A stretch of 64,000 bases of DNA from an uncultured bacterium (GTDB taxonomy: Bacteria; Desulfobacterota_D; UBA1144; Nemesobacterales; UBA2774): the NCBI GenBank assembly GCA_963705505.1, contig CAVPJU010000003.1, positions 224,001 through 288,000 on the forward strand, written 5' to 3'. The notes beneath the pieces are model-generated. The model had not been told where the DNA came from and ran no database searches. It worked only from the letters and a program-made list of their open reading frames with translations. Below, piece by piece: positions 38,633 through 48,289 of this stretch (position 1 is the first letter of the stretch; every line of letters begins with the position of its first letter). The translations under genes and the position numbers were made by a program.

Positions 38633-41491
38633 ATGATTTCTTACATAATGAAGAAAATTATCGGCTCCCAGAACGACAGGGAGATCAAAAGACTGGGCGC
38701 GATGGTGGATGAGGTCAACGAATACGAGAGCGATTTTTTGAACCTACCCAACAAAGCGTTTGCGGAGAAAACCGAGGAGTTCAAGGAACGGATAAAAAAC
38801 AGTCTCAACGGAAACGGCGATGCATCCGACGAGGAACATTTTAAAAAATCAGGGGAAGTGCTCCTCGAAATTCTCCCCGAGGCGTTCGCGCTGGTGAGGG
38901 AGGCGTCCCGCAGGACGCTCGGAATGCGCCCTTTCGATGTACAGCTGATCGGCGGCCTTGTCCTCCATATGGGCAGGATTGCGGAAATGAAAACGGGAGA
39001 AGGAAAAACGCTCGTAGCCGCCTTGCCCCTCTATCTAAACGGTATCACCGGTAACGGGGCACACCTGGTCACGGTAAATGACTACCTGGCAAGGCGCGAC
39101 GCGTTATGGATGGGCCCTATTTACAAGCTCCTGGGGTTGAATATCGGGGTTATCAATCATGAGATCTCGTATCTCGTGGAATGGGAGGATCCGGTAAGGG
39201 CGAAAAACGCCATAGATAATAATTTGAGCGTATGGCCGGGTGAGTATATGGACATGGAGATACCCCCCGAGAAGAACCTCGACGTGCTCGCCACATTTAA
39301 GACCAAGCTTGTCGAATGTCCGAGAAAGGAGGCGTACAGGGCGCACGCGACCTACGGCACCAACAACGAATTCGGGTTCGATTACCTGAGAGACAATATG
39401 AAGTTCTCCCTGACCGACTATGTTCAGAATGAGCATAATTTCGCGATCGTCGACGAGGTGGACAGCATCCTGATCGACGAAGCGAGGACCCCTCTTATAA
39501 TATCGGGCCCTTCCGAGGACTCGACTCAGCTTTACTACGATATAAACAACGTGGTAAAAAAACTTCAAAAGGAAGTCGATTTTACACTCGACGAAAAAAC
39601 CCGGCAGGTTACCCCTACTGAGGAAGGATCGAACAAGGTCGAAAGGGCTCTCGGCGTAAGCAACGTATATGACCCTGCAAACCTCGAGCTTCTGCATCAC
39701 GTAATACAGGGACTCCGCGCCCATAACCTCTTCCACAGGGACGTCGATTACATGGTCAAGGACGGAAAGGTCATCATCGTAGACGAATTTACGGGGAGGC
39801 TCATGCCGGGAAGGCGCTGGAGCGACGGCCTCCATCAGGCTATCGAGGCGAAAGAGGACGTCGAAATAGAGAATGAGAACCAGACTCTGGCCACCATAAC
39901 CATTCAGAACTACTTCAGAATGTACAGGAAGCTCGCGGGGATGACCGGTACCGCGGACACGGAGGCGTTCGAGTTTAAAAATATATACAATCTCGACGTA
40001 AACGTCATACCGACAAATAAACCGATGATAAGGACCGACAGGAACGACTCCGTATATAAAACGGAAAGAGAGAAGTTCAACGCCGTTGCGGAGGAGATAA
40101 AGGAGCTAAACGAGAAGGGACGCCCTATACTCGTAGGCACGACATCCATAGAGAAGTCCGAACGGCTCTCGGGCTTGCTCCAGAAGCTCCGTATCCCCCA
40201 TCAGGTGCTCAACGCAAAGCACCATGAAAACGAGGCGGAAATCGTAGCTCAGGCGGGAAGGATAGGTGCCCTGACAATTGCGACGAATATGGCCGGTCGG
40301 GGAACGGACATCATTCTCGGCGGAAACAACGAATACCTGGCACGGGACGTACTCAGGAAAAAATTCAGGGTGGAGCCTCATGAAGCCCTTCCCGAGCAGT
40401 TCGAGGAAGCGATGCTCGAAGCCAAAGTCGTTTGCGAGAATGAGAAAAAGAGGGTGCTCGAGCTGGGGGGTCTCCACATAATCGGCACGGAAAGGCATGA
40501 ATCCAGGAGGATCGACAACCAGCTGAGGGGAAGGTCGGGAAGGCAGGGCGACCCGGGCTCCTCACGGTTCTTCGTATCGCTCGAAGACGACCTCATGAGG
40601 ATATTCGCGTCTGAGACTATCACCAAGATTATGGACAGGCTCGGATGGGAAGAGGGCGAGCCCATAGAGCACAAGATGATTACACGCTCGATAGAGAACG
40701 CGCAGAAGAAGGTCGAGGGCAGGAACTTCGACATTAGGAAGCACCTCCTCGATTACGACGACGTGCTCAATAAGCAGAGAGAGGTTATTTACAGAAAGAG
40801 AAGGGAATTTCTGGCCGGAGGGGAGAGCCTGAAAGATAACCTCTATGAAATGGCCGACGAGATTATCGAAGACCTCTCTTCGGAGATGGTCCCCGAAAAA
40901 GGGAAATCCGACGAAGCGGACCTAGGCGATCTGAAAGAAGCCGTGCGCGGCTCGTTCAATATTCAATTAGAACTCGGCGAGATGGCTCAAGACGGGATCA
41001 GAAGGGAAGCCGTTACCGAGCATATACAGAATAAAATCCGTGAGTTTTATGAGTCCAAAGAGAGCGAAATAGGACCTGAAACCATGAGGCAGATAGAAAG
41101 ATACATCATGCTTCAGACACTCGATTTCCTCTGGAAAGACCACTTGCTGAACATGGACCATCTGCGTGAAGGGATAGGGCTCAGAGGATATGCGCAGCGC
41201 GACCCTCTCCACGAATACAAACGCGAAGGGTTCGATATGTTCTCTTCTCTCATGAACCGCCTTTCCTACGACGTATGCGAAAAGCTTTTCAGGGTCCAGC
41301 CCGTAAGCGAAACCGATATGGAAAGACTCGAGAGGAGAAGGAGAACCGAGCAGCAGCGGATGACTTTAAGCAGGGGCGAAGAAGAAGAGAACAAGAAACC
41401 GGTCAAGAGACACGACAAAAAGGTGGGAAGGAACGACCCGTGCCCCTGCGGAAGCGGCAAGAAATATAAAAAATGCTGCGGCACCACATAG
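38633..41491 (+). CDS. secA: Preprotein translocase subunit SecA
   Basis: [53 protein letters not shown]-terminal [18 protein letters not shown]. Confidence 0.99.
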   Translation: MISYIMKKIIGSQNDREIKRLGAMVDEVNEYESDFLNLPNKAFAEKTEEFKERIKNSLNGNGDASDEEHFKKSGEVLLEILPEAFALVREASRRTLGMRPFDVQLIGGLVLHMGRIAEMKTGEGKTLVAALPLYLNGITGNGAHLVTVNDYLARRDALWMGPIYKLLGLNIGVINHEISYLVEWEDPVRAKNAIDNNLSVWPGEYMDMEIPPEKNLDVLATFKTKLVECPRKEAYRAHATYGTNNEFGFDYLRDNMKFSLTDYVQNEHNFAIVDEVDSILIDEARTPLIISGPSEDSTQLYYDINNVVKKLQKEVDFTLDEKTRQVTPTEEGSNKVERALGVSNVYDPANLELLHHVIQGLRAHNLFHRDVDYMVKDGKVIIVDEFTGRLMPGRRWSDGLHQAIEAKEDVEIENENQTLATITIQNYFRMYRKLAGMTGTADTEAFEFKNIYNLDVNVIPTNKPMIRTDRNDSVYKTEREKFNAVAEEIKELNEKGRPILVGTTSIEKSERLSGLLQKLRIPHQVLNAKHHENEAEIVAQAGRIGALTIATNMAGRGTDIILGGNNEYLARDVLRKKFRVEPHEALPEQFEEAMLEAKVVCENEKKRVLELGGLHIIGTERHESRRIDNQLRGRSGRQGDPGSSRFFVSLEDDLMRIFASETITKIMDRLGWEEGEPIEHKMITRSIENAQKKVEGRNFDIRKHLLDYDDVLNKQREVIYRKRREFLAGGESLKDNLYEMADEIIEDLSSEMVPEKGKSDEADLGDLKEAVRGSFNIQLELGEMAQDGIRREAVTEHIQNKIREFYESKESEIGPETMRQIERYIMLQTLDFLWKDHLLNMDHLREGIGLRGYAQRDPLHEYKREGFDMFSSLMNRLSYDVCEKLFRVQPVSETDMERLERRRRTEQQRMTLSRGEEEENKKPVKRHDKKVGRNDPCPCGSGKKYKKCCGTT

Positions 41492-41502
41492 GGGAACCCC
41501 AG

Positions 41503-42444
41503 TTGGAACCGTCTGAGTTTATCGGCAAGATCAGAAGCCTGGAAGCAAATATAGGCGGCGTATTAAAGGGGAAACCCGGGATTGTAAAAACGGCTATTGT
41601 GGCCCTTCTGTCCAGGTCGCACATGCTGATCGAAGACGTCCCGGGGGTCGGAAAAACGTCCCTCGCCCACGCACTCGCAAGGTCGACAGACCTTTCGTTC
41701 GGGAGAATCCAGTTCACGAGCGACCTCCTGCCCTCCGACATACTGGGCGTATCCGTCCTAGAACAATCGACCGGGGATTTCAAATTCAAACCGGGCCCCA
41801 TATTCGCGAATATAGTCCTCGCTGACGAAATAAACAGAGCAACTCCCAAGACTCAAAGCGCGCTGCTCGAAGCGATGAACGAGGCGAAGGCTACGATCGA
41901 CGGGACGTCATACGATATCCCGAAACCGTTCATGGTAATCGCGACTCAAAATCCCTTCGAGTATAAAGGGACATTCCCTCTCCCGGAGAACCAGCTCGAC
42001 AGATTCGCATTGAGGATCAGCATAGGTTATCCGGACAGGGAGAGCGAAAAGCAGATATTGTCGTCATCGAGCCCGGTTAACTCTTGGGACAGCATAAAAC
42101 CCGTAATATCAAAAGAAGAGGTCACGCTGCTTCAAAGAATGTCGGAGAAGGTCAGGATAGACGAGTCCATTCTCGATTACATCCTTGCAATAATAAACGA
42201 AACCAGGAACCCCAAGATGTTCGAGCTCGGCGTGAGCCCGAGGGGAGCGATTGCGCTTAAGAACACCGCGCAATCCCGTGCTCTCACGGACGGAAGGACT
42301 TTCTGTATACCGGAGGACGTAAAGGAAATGGCGGTCCCTGTCCTCGCGCACAGGGTCATACTCCGTAACGAGCGTTTTATGGGGCAGGGAGGCGAGGAGG
42401 AAGCTTTAAGGGAAGTCCTCGGGAACGTAAAGGTGCCGGTTTAA
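41503..42444 (+). CDS. MoxR-family AAA+ ATPase
   Basis: LIEDVPGVGKT, RIQFTSDLLPSD, LADEINRATPKTQSALLEAM, ATQNP, LDRF, GVSPR. TTG start chosen from the AGGGGA SD. Confidence 0.92.
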   Translation: MEPSEFIGKIRSLEANIGGVLKGKPGIVKTAIVALLSRSHMLIEDVPGVGKTSLAHALARSTDLSFGRIQFTSDLLPSDILGVSVLEQSTGDFKFKPGPIFANIVLADEINRATPKTQSALLEAMNEAKATIDGTSYDIPKPFMVIATQNPFEYKGTFPLPENQLDRFALRISIGYPDRESEKQILSSSSPVNSWDSIKPVISKEEVTLLQRMSEKVRIDESILDYILAIINETRNPKMFELGVSPRGAIALKNTAQSRALTDGRTFCIPEDVKEMAVPVLAHRVILRNERFMGQGGEEEALREVLGNVKVPV

Positions 42445-42520
42445 AACCGGTAATGACAGAAAGGGCATGGTAAACTATAAAAGGTTCTGGTGTGATTAAG
42501 AGATCGCAACGGAGGAAAAA

Positions 42521-42799
42521 ATGAACCCTAACCGGAAAATTTATTTTTATCAGGGTAAACCGCCTGCATATCTTCTCCCCCTTATTCTGTTGTTGGGGAT
42601 CGTAGTATTCGCAATTCTTGCAGTATTCGGATTTTTTCTCGGAATCGCGGTAGGTGTCGTGCTGATTATATTCGGAATTCTGAGGCTTTTCTCATCCAAT
42701 AACAAGAAGAAGGTCAGGACTGTCGATGAGGACGGCAGAACCACTATAATTCTCGACAAAGAGGACTACGAGGTCATCGAAAAGGGGAAGAAGTATTAG
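42521..42799 (+). CDS. Small membrane protein
   Basis: GGAGG SD; long hydrophobic segment followed by a charged tail. Confidence 0.7.
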   Translation: MNPNRKIYFYQGKPPAYLLPLILLLGIVVFAILAVFGFFLGIAVGVVLIIFGILRLFSSNNKKKVRTVDEDGRTTIILDKEDYEVIEKGKKY

Positions 42800-42807
42800 G
42801 GACGGGC

Positions 42808-43086
42808 TTACGTGAGACCGTCGATTTCACCGGCGAGGTTAAAGTCCTTCTCGGTGAGACCGCCTTTACTGTGTGTCGATAGGGTCAAAGTCACGTTTCT
42901 GTATTGAATGAGGATATCCGGATGGTGGTCGGCCTTCTCGGCCAGTATAGCGACCTTAGTTACGAAACCCAGAGATTCGACGAAGCTCTTATTCTTATAA
43001 ACCTTGACGATTTCATTCCCCCTCCTCTCCCAGCCTTCCAAACTCTTTAGCCTCTCGGCTATTTCAGCTTCCGATAAGAGCGCCAT
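42808..43086 (-). CDS. phhB: Pterin-4-alpha-carbinolamine dehydratase
   Basis: AEKADHHPDI...V.L.THSKGGLTEKDF.LA signature. Confidence 0.92.
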   Translation of the reverse strand: MALLSEAEIAERLKSLEGWERRGNEIVKVYKNKSFVESLGFVTKVAILAEKADHHPDILIQYRNVTLTLSTHSKGGLTEKDFNLAGEIDGLT

Positions 43087-43162
43087 GCCGTCTCGCCTCC
43101 CTTTTTTATAAGTTAATTGAGAGCGGTTGGATAGTCAAAAGATTGTTATTTAAACTTAAGGA

Positions 43163-43665
43163 ATGCCAAGAGCCTTTATCGGTATAGGGTCGAACCTGGG
43201 GGACAGGATAAACAACTGTAAAAAAGCGCTCAATGAAATCCGGGGCTTTGCGGAAATCGTCAGGGTGTCATCGGTATATGAAACGGAGCCGGTCGGGAAT
43301 GAGGACCAGCCCGATTTTATAAACTGCGCCGCGGAGATCGAAACTGCGCTCCCTCCGGTGAGCTTCTGAATCGTCTCCGCTCAATTGAACATGATCTCGA
43401 CAGACTCCGCGGCGAGAGATGGGGACCGAGGACGATCGACCTCGATATTATATTTTATGACGATCTGATAATCGATACGGAAGAGCTGAAAATCCCTCAC
43501 GTCAGCGCTCACACGAGGCGTTTCGTGCTCGAGCCTTTGTGCGAGATAGACCCGTGGCTCGTTCACCCGGGATTCGGAGTCCGCGTATACGAGCTGCTTA
43601 ACAACCTCGAGGACACGAAGAAGGTCGAAAAAGTCGGAGACCCGTCCACATTATTTCCACAGTAA
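43163..43665 (+). pseudogene. folK: 2-amino-4-hydroxy-6-hydroxymethyldihydropteridine diphosphokinase, split by a 1-nt frameshift (real lesion or sequencing error)
   Basis: The first frame reads AFIGIGSNLGDR...SSVYETEP...FIN and stops at 43369. The -1 frame from ~43357 continues ELLNRLRSIE...RWGPRTIDLDII...IPH...RRFVLEPL to TAA at 43665. Confidence 0.9.
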
Positions 43666-43838
43666 TCAACATACTATCAACACCCCTGGAACAAGATTCC
43701 AAGAACATTTTCAACAGGGAGGCAGATAGGGCTGATTAAAAATAATACAATAATCCAGGGAGATTAAGCCGATTTTTTGTTTAAATACAGGGCTTTTTGT
43801 GGATAACCTATTTTGCCGCGGCCAGGGAGTTATCCACA
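43642..43838. promoter_or_regulatory. DnaA-box cluster (candidate oriC or DnaA-titration locus)
   Basis: Perfect TGTGGATAA (43798-43806) and TTATCCACA (43830-43838); TTTTCAACA (43708-43716); phased weak boxes at 43642, 43653, 43663 and 43674. Confidence 0.6.
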
Positions 43839-43853
43839 GGCTTTGACGCCCTT

Positions 43854-44708
43854 TTACATCTGGGAAAAACTCCTTGCCGATTCCAGAGTATTCCACAGCA
43901 GCATCGCTATTGTCATCGGACCCACTCCGCCCGGAACAGGCGTGATGTAGGAGGCTTTTTTGCTGACCCCTTCAAAATCCACGTCCCCGGTGAGCTTGCC
44001 TTCCTTGTTGCGGTTTATGCCGACATCGATAACGACGGCACCTTCCTTCACCATGTCGGCGGTAATAAAATCGGCGCGTCCCATCGCAGCAACGAGAATG
44101 TCAGCCCTCCTCGTCACCTCATCGAGCGGCTTCGTGCGCGAATGGCAGATGGTCACGGTCGCATGACGGTGAAGCAGCAGGATAGAAACCGGTTTGCCGA
44201 CTATATTGCTCCTTCCGACCACTACCGCCTCCTTCCCCTCTATACCGATATTATAAAAGTCGAGCATTTTTATGATCCCGTGCGGGGTGCACGATATGAA
44301 CCTCGGCTTGCCTTCCACAAGGAGGCCCACGTTATAGGGGTGGAACCCGTCTACGTCCTTAAGTGGGGATACCGCTCTCAGTATCTTTGTTTCGCTGATC
44401 TGAGCGGGCAACGGGAGCTGGACTAATATGCCGTGAATATTCTCATCCCCGTTCATCTTATCGACGAGCGAGAGCAGCTCCTCCTCCGTAGTTTCTCCGG
44501 GGAGCCTGTGCTCTTCCGAGTAGATGCCTGCTTCGGTACAGGCCTTTCTTTTATTCCTGACATATATTTCAGACGCCGGGTTATCCCCTACAAGAACCGC
44601 GGCAAGACCCGCCGTAATCCCCGTCTCCCTCTTGAGCCTTTCCACTCCCTCCGTGACCTCGTCCCTTATGTGCTGTGAAACCAGCTTACCGTCTATTATC
44701 TCAGCCAT
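43854..44708 (-). CDS. folD: Bifunctional methylenetetrahydrofolate dehydrogenase/cyclohydrolase
   Basis: IIDGK, YVRNK, GILVQLPLP, KDVDGFHP, GRSNIVGKP, TPVPGGVGPMT. Confidence 0.98.
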   Translation of the reverse strand: MAEIIDGKLVSQHIRDEVTEGVERLKRETGITAGLAAVLVGDNPASEIYVRNKRKACTEAGIYSEEHRLPGETTEEELLSLVDKMNGDENIHGILVQLPLPAQISETKILRAVSPLKDVDGFHPYNVGLLVEGKPRFISCTPHGIIKMLDFYNIGIEGKEAVVVGRSNIVGKPVSILLLHRHATVTICHSRTKPLDEVTRRADILVAAMGRADFITADMVKEGAVVIDVGINRNKEGKLTGDVDFEGVSKKASYITPVPGGVGPMTIAMLLWNTLESARSFSQM

Positions 44709-44724
44709 GGAATACTCCTCTTAG

Positions 44725-45525
44725 TCATTCGAATTTCCAGAAATGGTTTAATGGGCCGTGCCCTCTGCCGAGGTTAAAAGAATTCATGATGGCATAGGTT
44801 ACGTAATCCTTCGCTTCTTTCACCGCATCCAGTGGGGAAAACCCCGCCGCAAGCGCCGCGCAGACGGCAGCGGAATATGTACACCCGGTGCCGTGAGTAT
44901 TCGGTGTATCGATCCTCGGGGCTTTGAGCTCGTAATGGTTCCTTCCGTCATAAAAAACATCGATGGCGTCCGGCATATTTTCAAGATGCCCGCCTTTGAC
45001 GAGTACATATCCGGGACCCATCGATTTTATGGCCTCCGCTGCCTGTCTCATATCGGAGAGGGATGAGATTTGTAATCCCGTGATTTCCTCAGCCTCGGGT
45101 ATATTGGGGGTTACGATTAGAGCCATTCCAAAGAGCTCGTTTACCATCGAATCCCGGGCGTCCGCTCTAAGCAGTATGTCCCCTCCCTTGGATATCATAA
45201 CCGGGTCTACCACCAGCTTTAGGACACCGTACTCTCTTAATTTCTTCGATACGGCGGAAACGATTTCCTTATTCGACAGCATCCCGGTTTTCACCGCATC
45301 AGCGCCGATATCACTCAGGACTGCGTCTATCTGGAGCTCGACGAATTCCCGGGGCAAGTCGGTGATACCCAGAACGGACTCCGTATTCTGAGCGGTTACG
45401 GATGTGATTACCGACATCCCGTAAACCCTGAAGGCGGTAAAGGTTTTCAGATCGGCCTGTATTCCAGCGCCTCCCCCCGAATCGGAACCCGCTATAGTAA
45501 GAGCTCTTGGAACCTTTCGACCCAC
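44725..45525 (-). CDS. thiD: Hydroxymethylpyrimidine/phosphomethylpyrimidine kinase
   Basis: [47 protein letters not shown]. Confidence 0.96.
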   Translation of the reverse strand: MGRKVPRALTIAGSDSGGGAGIQADLKTFTAFRVYGMSVITSVTAQNTESVLGITDLPREFVELQIDAVLSDIGADAVKTGMLSNKEIVSAVSKKLREYGVLKLVVDPVMISKGGDILLRADARDSMVNELFGMALIVTPNIPEAEEITGLQISSLSDMRQAAEAIKSMGPGYVLVKGGHLENMPDAIDVFYDGRNHYELKAPRIDTPNTHGTGCTYSAAVCAALAAGFSPLDAVKEAKDYVTYAIMNSFNLGRGHGPLNHFWKFE

Positions 45526-45646
45526 GCCGCTTTATTCTACAAAGATTTTAAAACCATTACAAACAGGCCAGTCCGGCACCCTAGACTAAACAAAAATTAA
45601 ATGTAATATATTCTCTGCTAAAATAACCAAAGGAGATATCGGAGTT

Positions 45647-46063
45647 ATGGCAGAGATTGCAGAAAAAGACGAAATCCTGTTTCCGGAATTATTTACTGTC
45701 GATAAGGAAGGGAGGGTCAGGCTGGTAGCGGGCTACTCCAAGGAATCGAATAACTGGACCTTCCCCAAGTACCTAGCCGACCCCGTGAGTTTTTCCGACG
45801 ATGTGGAAGAGAAACTGTTAAGCCCTACAGGGGAGCTGCATTCATTTACGATCGTAAGGAGGAGCATGCCGGAGTTCCCCGTCCCCTATGCCCTCGCTCT
45901 CGTGGATTTTCCAGAGGGGGTAAGGGTTATGGCACAGGTTGAAACGGACGACCCGGAGGGGCTCAAAATCGGCCAGAAGATGGGCGTTACGGTAGGGACA
46001 GTAAAGAAATCAAAAGACGGCAAGGACGTTAAATCGTACAAGTTCTACCAGGTTAAGAAATAG
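45647..46063 (+). CDS. DUF35/ChsH2-like OB-fold protein with a degenerate (Cys-less) zinc ribbon
   Basis: AAGGAG SD; TGELHSFTIV...PYALALVDFPEGVRVMAQV...LKIGQKM is the DUF35 OB-fold pattern. Confidence 0.75.
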   Translation: MAEIAEKDEILFPELFTVDKEGRVRLVAGYSKESNNWTFPKYLADPVSFSDDVEEKLLSPTGELHSFTIVRRSMPEFPVPYALALVDFPEGVRVMAQVETDDPEGLKIGQKMGVTVGTVKKSKDGKDVKSYKFYQVKK

Positions 46064-46250
46064 AAGGTCCCTTGCAGCTGCAGAGATTCGCCCCTCGTTT
46101 CATAAATTAAGACAGTGACTCCCGTCAGGGGAATGGTACGGGACCGTCTGGTGAAATACCTTTAGGGATCATACCGGCTGTAAATTTAATGTTTACTTTT
46201 TCCCCTTTATCATTTATTCTGGAATTAGTCTCATAAGAGCATTTCACTTG

Positions 46251-47138
46251 ATGAAAAAATCTCTTCTGACGCTACTATATATCTCAGGATTACTTTTCAT
46301 CCTGCCGTTATCGGCTTTTTCAGCAACTACAACCGATTCAAATCCCCCTGATGAACAACCGGCGGAATTATCGGCGCAGAAGAGCAAAATCCTTTCAGTC
46401 GAGGTAACGGGCTCAAACCTCGGGCTTATACTGCTGGGGACGCTCACAAGCGGTAACGTCTCGAAAGCAATGATAAAAAACCCCGTCACGGGGGAGCTCG
46501 GATCGTATGCCCCCGGAGACAGACTCGACCTCGTCCATTCCGAGACAGTAAAGATAGTCCAGATTTCCAATTGTGTCGTTCTCCTGGAGAGATCCGGGAA
46601 CTTCGAGACGATGGAGTGTCAGAATAAAATGCCTACTGTTGTTTTTAACGGCCCTTCCGTTTTAGCAAAATACAGGATCACGCTTCCCGGAGACGGCAGC
46701 AGCAGGTTCATCTTCTCGGATGACTTCACTACGGATTACGATAAGGATATCTTGAGCGTAAGCGAAAAACACGGGGTGGACCCTTACCTCGTGAAGGCCG
46801 TAATAAAGACCGAATCGAATTTCGACCCGAATGCCGTGTCGCCTAAAAACGCGCAGGGGATTATGCAGCTCATACCCGAGACCGCAACCGATTACGGAGT
46901 GAGCGACCCCTTCGACGCTAAAGAGAATATGGAAGGAGGGGTGCATTACTTAAAAGACCTCCTCGAATATTTCAATGGCGACATGAGCCTCTCTCTCGCA
47001 GCGTACAATGCGGGGAAGGGTGCGGTCATAAAGAACGGCTTCTCGATCCCGCCCTATCCCGAGACGACGGATTATATCGCCAAGGTGCTCGGATACTACA
47101 AACTTCTCAAAGCAAAAAACTACGCTCTGAAAAAGTAA
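46251..47138 (+). CDS. Secreted SLT-family lytic transglycosylase with an N-terminal GspC/PilP-like domain
   Basis: Signal peptide; SLT motifs LVKAVIKTESNF, AQGIMQLIP, LAAYNAG, ET..Y..KV. Confidence 0.88.
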   Translation: MKKSLLTLLYISGLLFILPLSAFSATTTDSNPPDEQPAELSAQKSKILSVEVTGSNLGLILLGTLTSGNVSKAMIKNPVTGELGSYAPGDRLDLVHSETVKIVQISNCVVLLERSGNFETMECQNKMPTVVFNGPSVLAKYRITLPGDGSSRFIFSDDFTTDYDKDILSVSEKHGVDPYLVKAVIKTESNFDPNAVSPKNAQGIMQLIPETATDYGVSDPFDAKENMEGGVHYLKDLLEYFNGDMSLSLAAYNAGKGAVIKNGFSIPPYPETTDYIAKVLGYYKLLKAKNYALKK

Positions 47139-47278
47139 ATTACCCGCCGCTATGCCCGGATTTCTATGGGGCGCCGTCCGTACCGACCGATTCGATATCA
47201 TGTTAGCGCGATGCGCGTCAATCCGATTCCCATCCGCCATTACAGCCACATTTTCTAACCGTTGGAAATCCGTCTTGT

Positions 47279-47307
47279 TTGACAAAGCCCGGTTATTTAT
47301 CTAGACT
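47279..47307 (+). promoter_or_regulatory. sigma70 promoter for the tRNA
   Basis: TTGACA-N17-TAGACT, about 25 nt upstream of the tRNA. Confidence 0.65.
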
Positions 47308-47331
47308 AATAAATTCACTAAATAAATCTGA

Positions 47332-47405
47332 GGGCCCATAGCTCAGTTGGTTAGAGCGGCGGACTCATAATCCGTTGGTCCCTGGTTCGAGTCCGGGTGG
47401 GCCCA
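47332..47405 (+). tRNA. tRNA with CAT anticodon, most likely tRNA-Ile2 (lysidine type); CCA not encoded
   Basis: GGGCCCA/TGGGCCC acceptor stem; D arm AGCTCAGTTGGTTAGAGC; anticodon arm GCGGA-CTCATAA-TCCGT; T arm GGTTCGAGTCC. It lacks the fMet C1:A72 mismatch and the GGG/CCC anticodon stem. Confidence 0.93.
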
Positions 47406-47560
47406 TACTTTGACGAGGTTGCAGTTTTTTAAATGGGCAGGGAACTCAAGATAAGATACAGAAACAGAATTCCTATTCCGATACCGGTCTCCGAATTTCA
47501 AACCGGCTATATTCAAATCCCTCTTTCCGAAAATAACTCAATAAAAAAAAGGAGAAAAAG

Positions 47561-48289
47561 ATGAGAGACCAGATTTTGGTTCTCGATACGCTCCAGCGCA
47601 TAGATATGGAGCTCAGTCAATTGGAAAAAAACCTCAGAGAGTACCCCGAAAAAATCTCAGATTTCGAAAAAGAGCTCGAAACTTCAAAACAAAATCTGGA
47701 AAGTTCCAACAATAAAAAGTCAGAGGTATTAATAAATAAGTCGAGGCTCGAGCAGGAACTCGCCCATAACGAGGAAATGATTAAAAAGGCGGAACAAAAG
47801 CTGTTCGAGATCAAGACCCACAAAGAATACGAAGCATTGCAAAAGGAAATCTCCGAAACGAAAAGAAAGAACTCGGCCCTGGAAGAGAAGCTATTGGATG
47901 AGATGGAGAAAATCGAGAGTCTCGAATCCCGGATTTCGAAAGAAGAAGAGGAGCTCGCAAGCAAGGAAAGCGAATACGGGGAACAGATAACCGCCTTTAA
48001 AGAAAAGATAGAGGAATTGAACAGTCTGTATAAACCGAAAAAGAAAGAGAAAGAGAAAATCGTCTCCAATCTCAGCGCAGATATCCTTCCGATATACGAA
48101 CGCATCAAAAAAAGAAACGGTCAGGTGCTCGCCCTCGCAAAGAACGAGGTTTGCACGGGCTGCTACATGAGCATACCGCCCCAGCTCTTTAACGAGGTGC
48201 TGACCCTCACGAGATTGATACAATGCCCCAACTGCCAAAAATTCCTCTACTGCGAAGAAGAGATGAAGAGTGAAGCTAAAACAGGATAG
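47561..48289 (+). CDS. Coiled-coil protein with a C4-type zinc ribbon (DUF164-like)
   Basis: LQRID, a long coiled coil, KEYEALQKEI, CTGCYMSIPPQ...CPNCQKFLY. Confidence 0.88.
   Translation: MRDQILVLDTLQRIDMELSQLEKNLREYPEKISDFEKELETSKQNLESSNNKKSEVLINKSRLEQELAHNEEMIKKAEQKLFEIKTHKEYEALQKEISETKRKNSALEEKLLDEMEKIESLESRISKEEEELASKESEYGEQITAFKEKIEELNSLYKPKKKEKEKIVSNLSADILPIYERIKKRNGQVLALAKNEVCTGCYMSIPPQLFNEVLTLTRLIQCPNCQKFLYCEEEMKSEAKTG

Noticed and set aside
46064..46250. Hairpin (TCCCGT...ACGGGA) in the intergenic region before the transglycosylase, considered as a riboswitch
   Set aside because: No match to riboswitch consensus sequences I know (ZTP, SAM, TPP, c-di-GMP).
47332..47405. tRNA as an integration site
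   Set aside because: No duplicated tRNA 3' end was seen elsewhere in the window, and the downstream genes are the conserved zinc-ribbon/RNase H/rnpB block.
47433..47564. 43-codon ORF between the tRNA and the zinc-ribbon gene, ending in an ATGA overlap
   Set aside because: No good SD and no recognisable motif; the lysine/arginine tail derives from the A-rich RBS region of the next gene.
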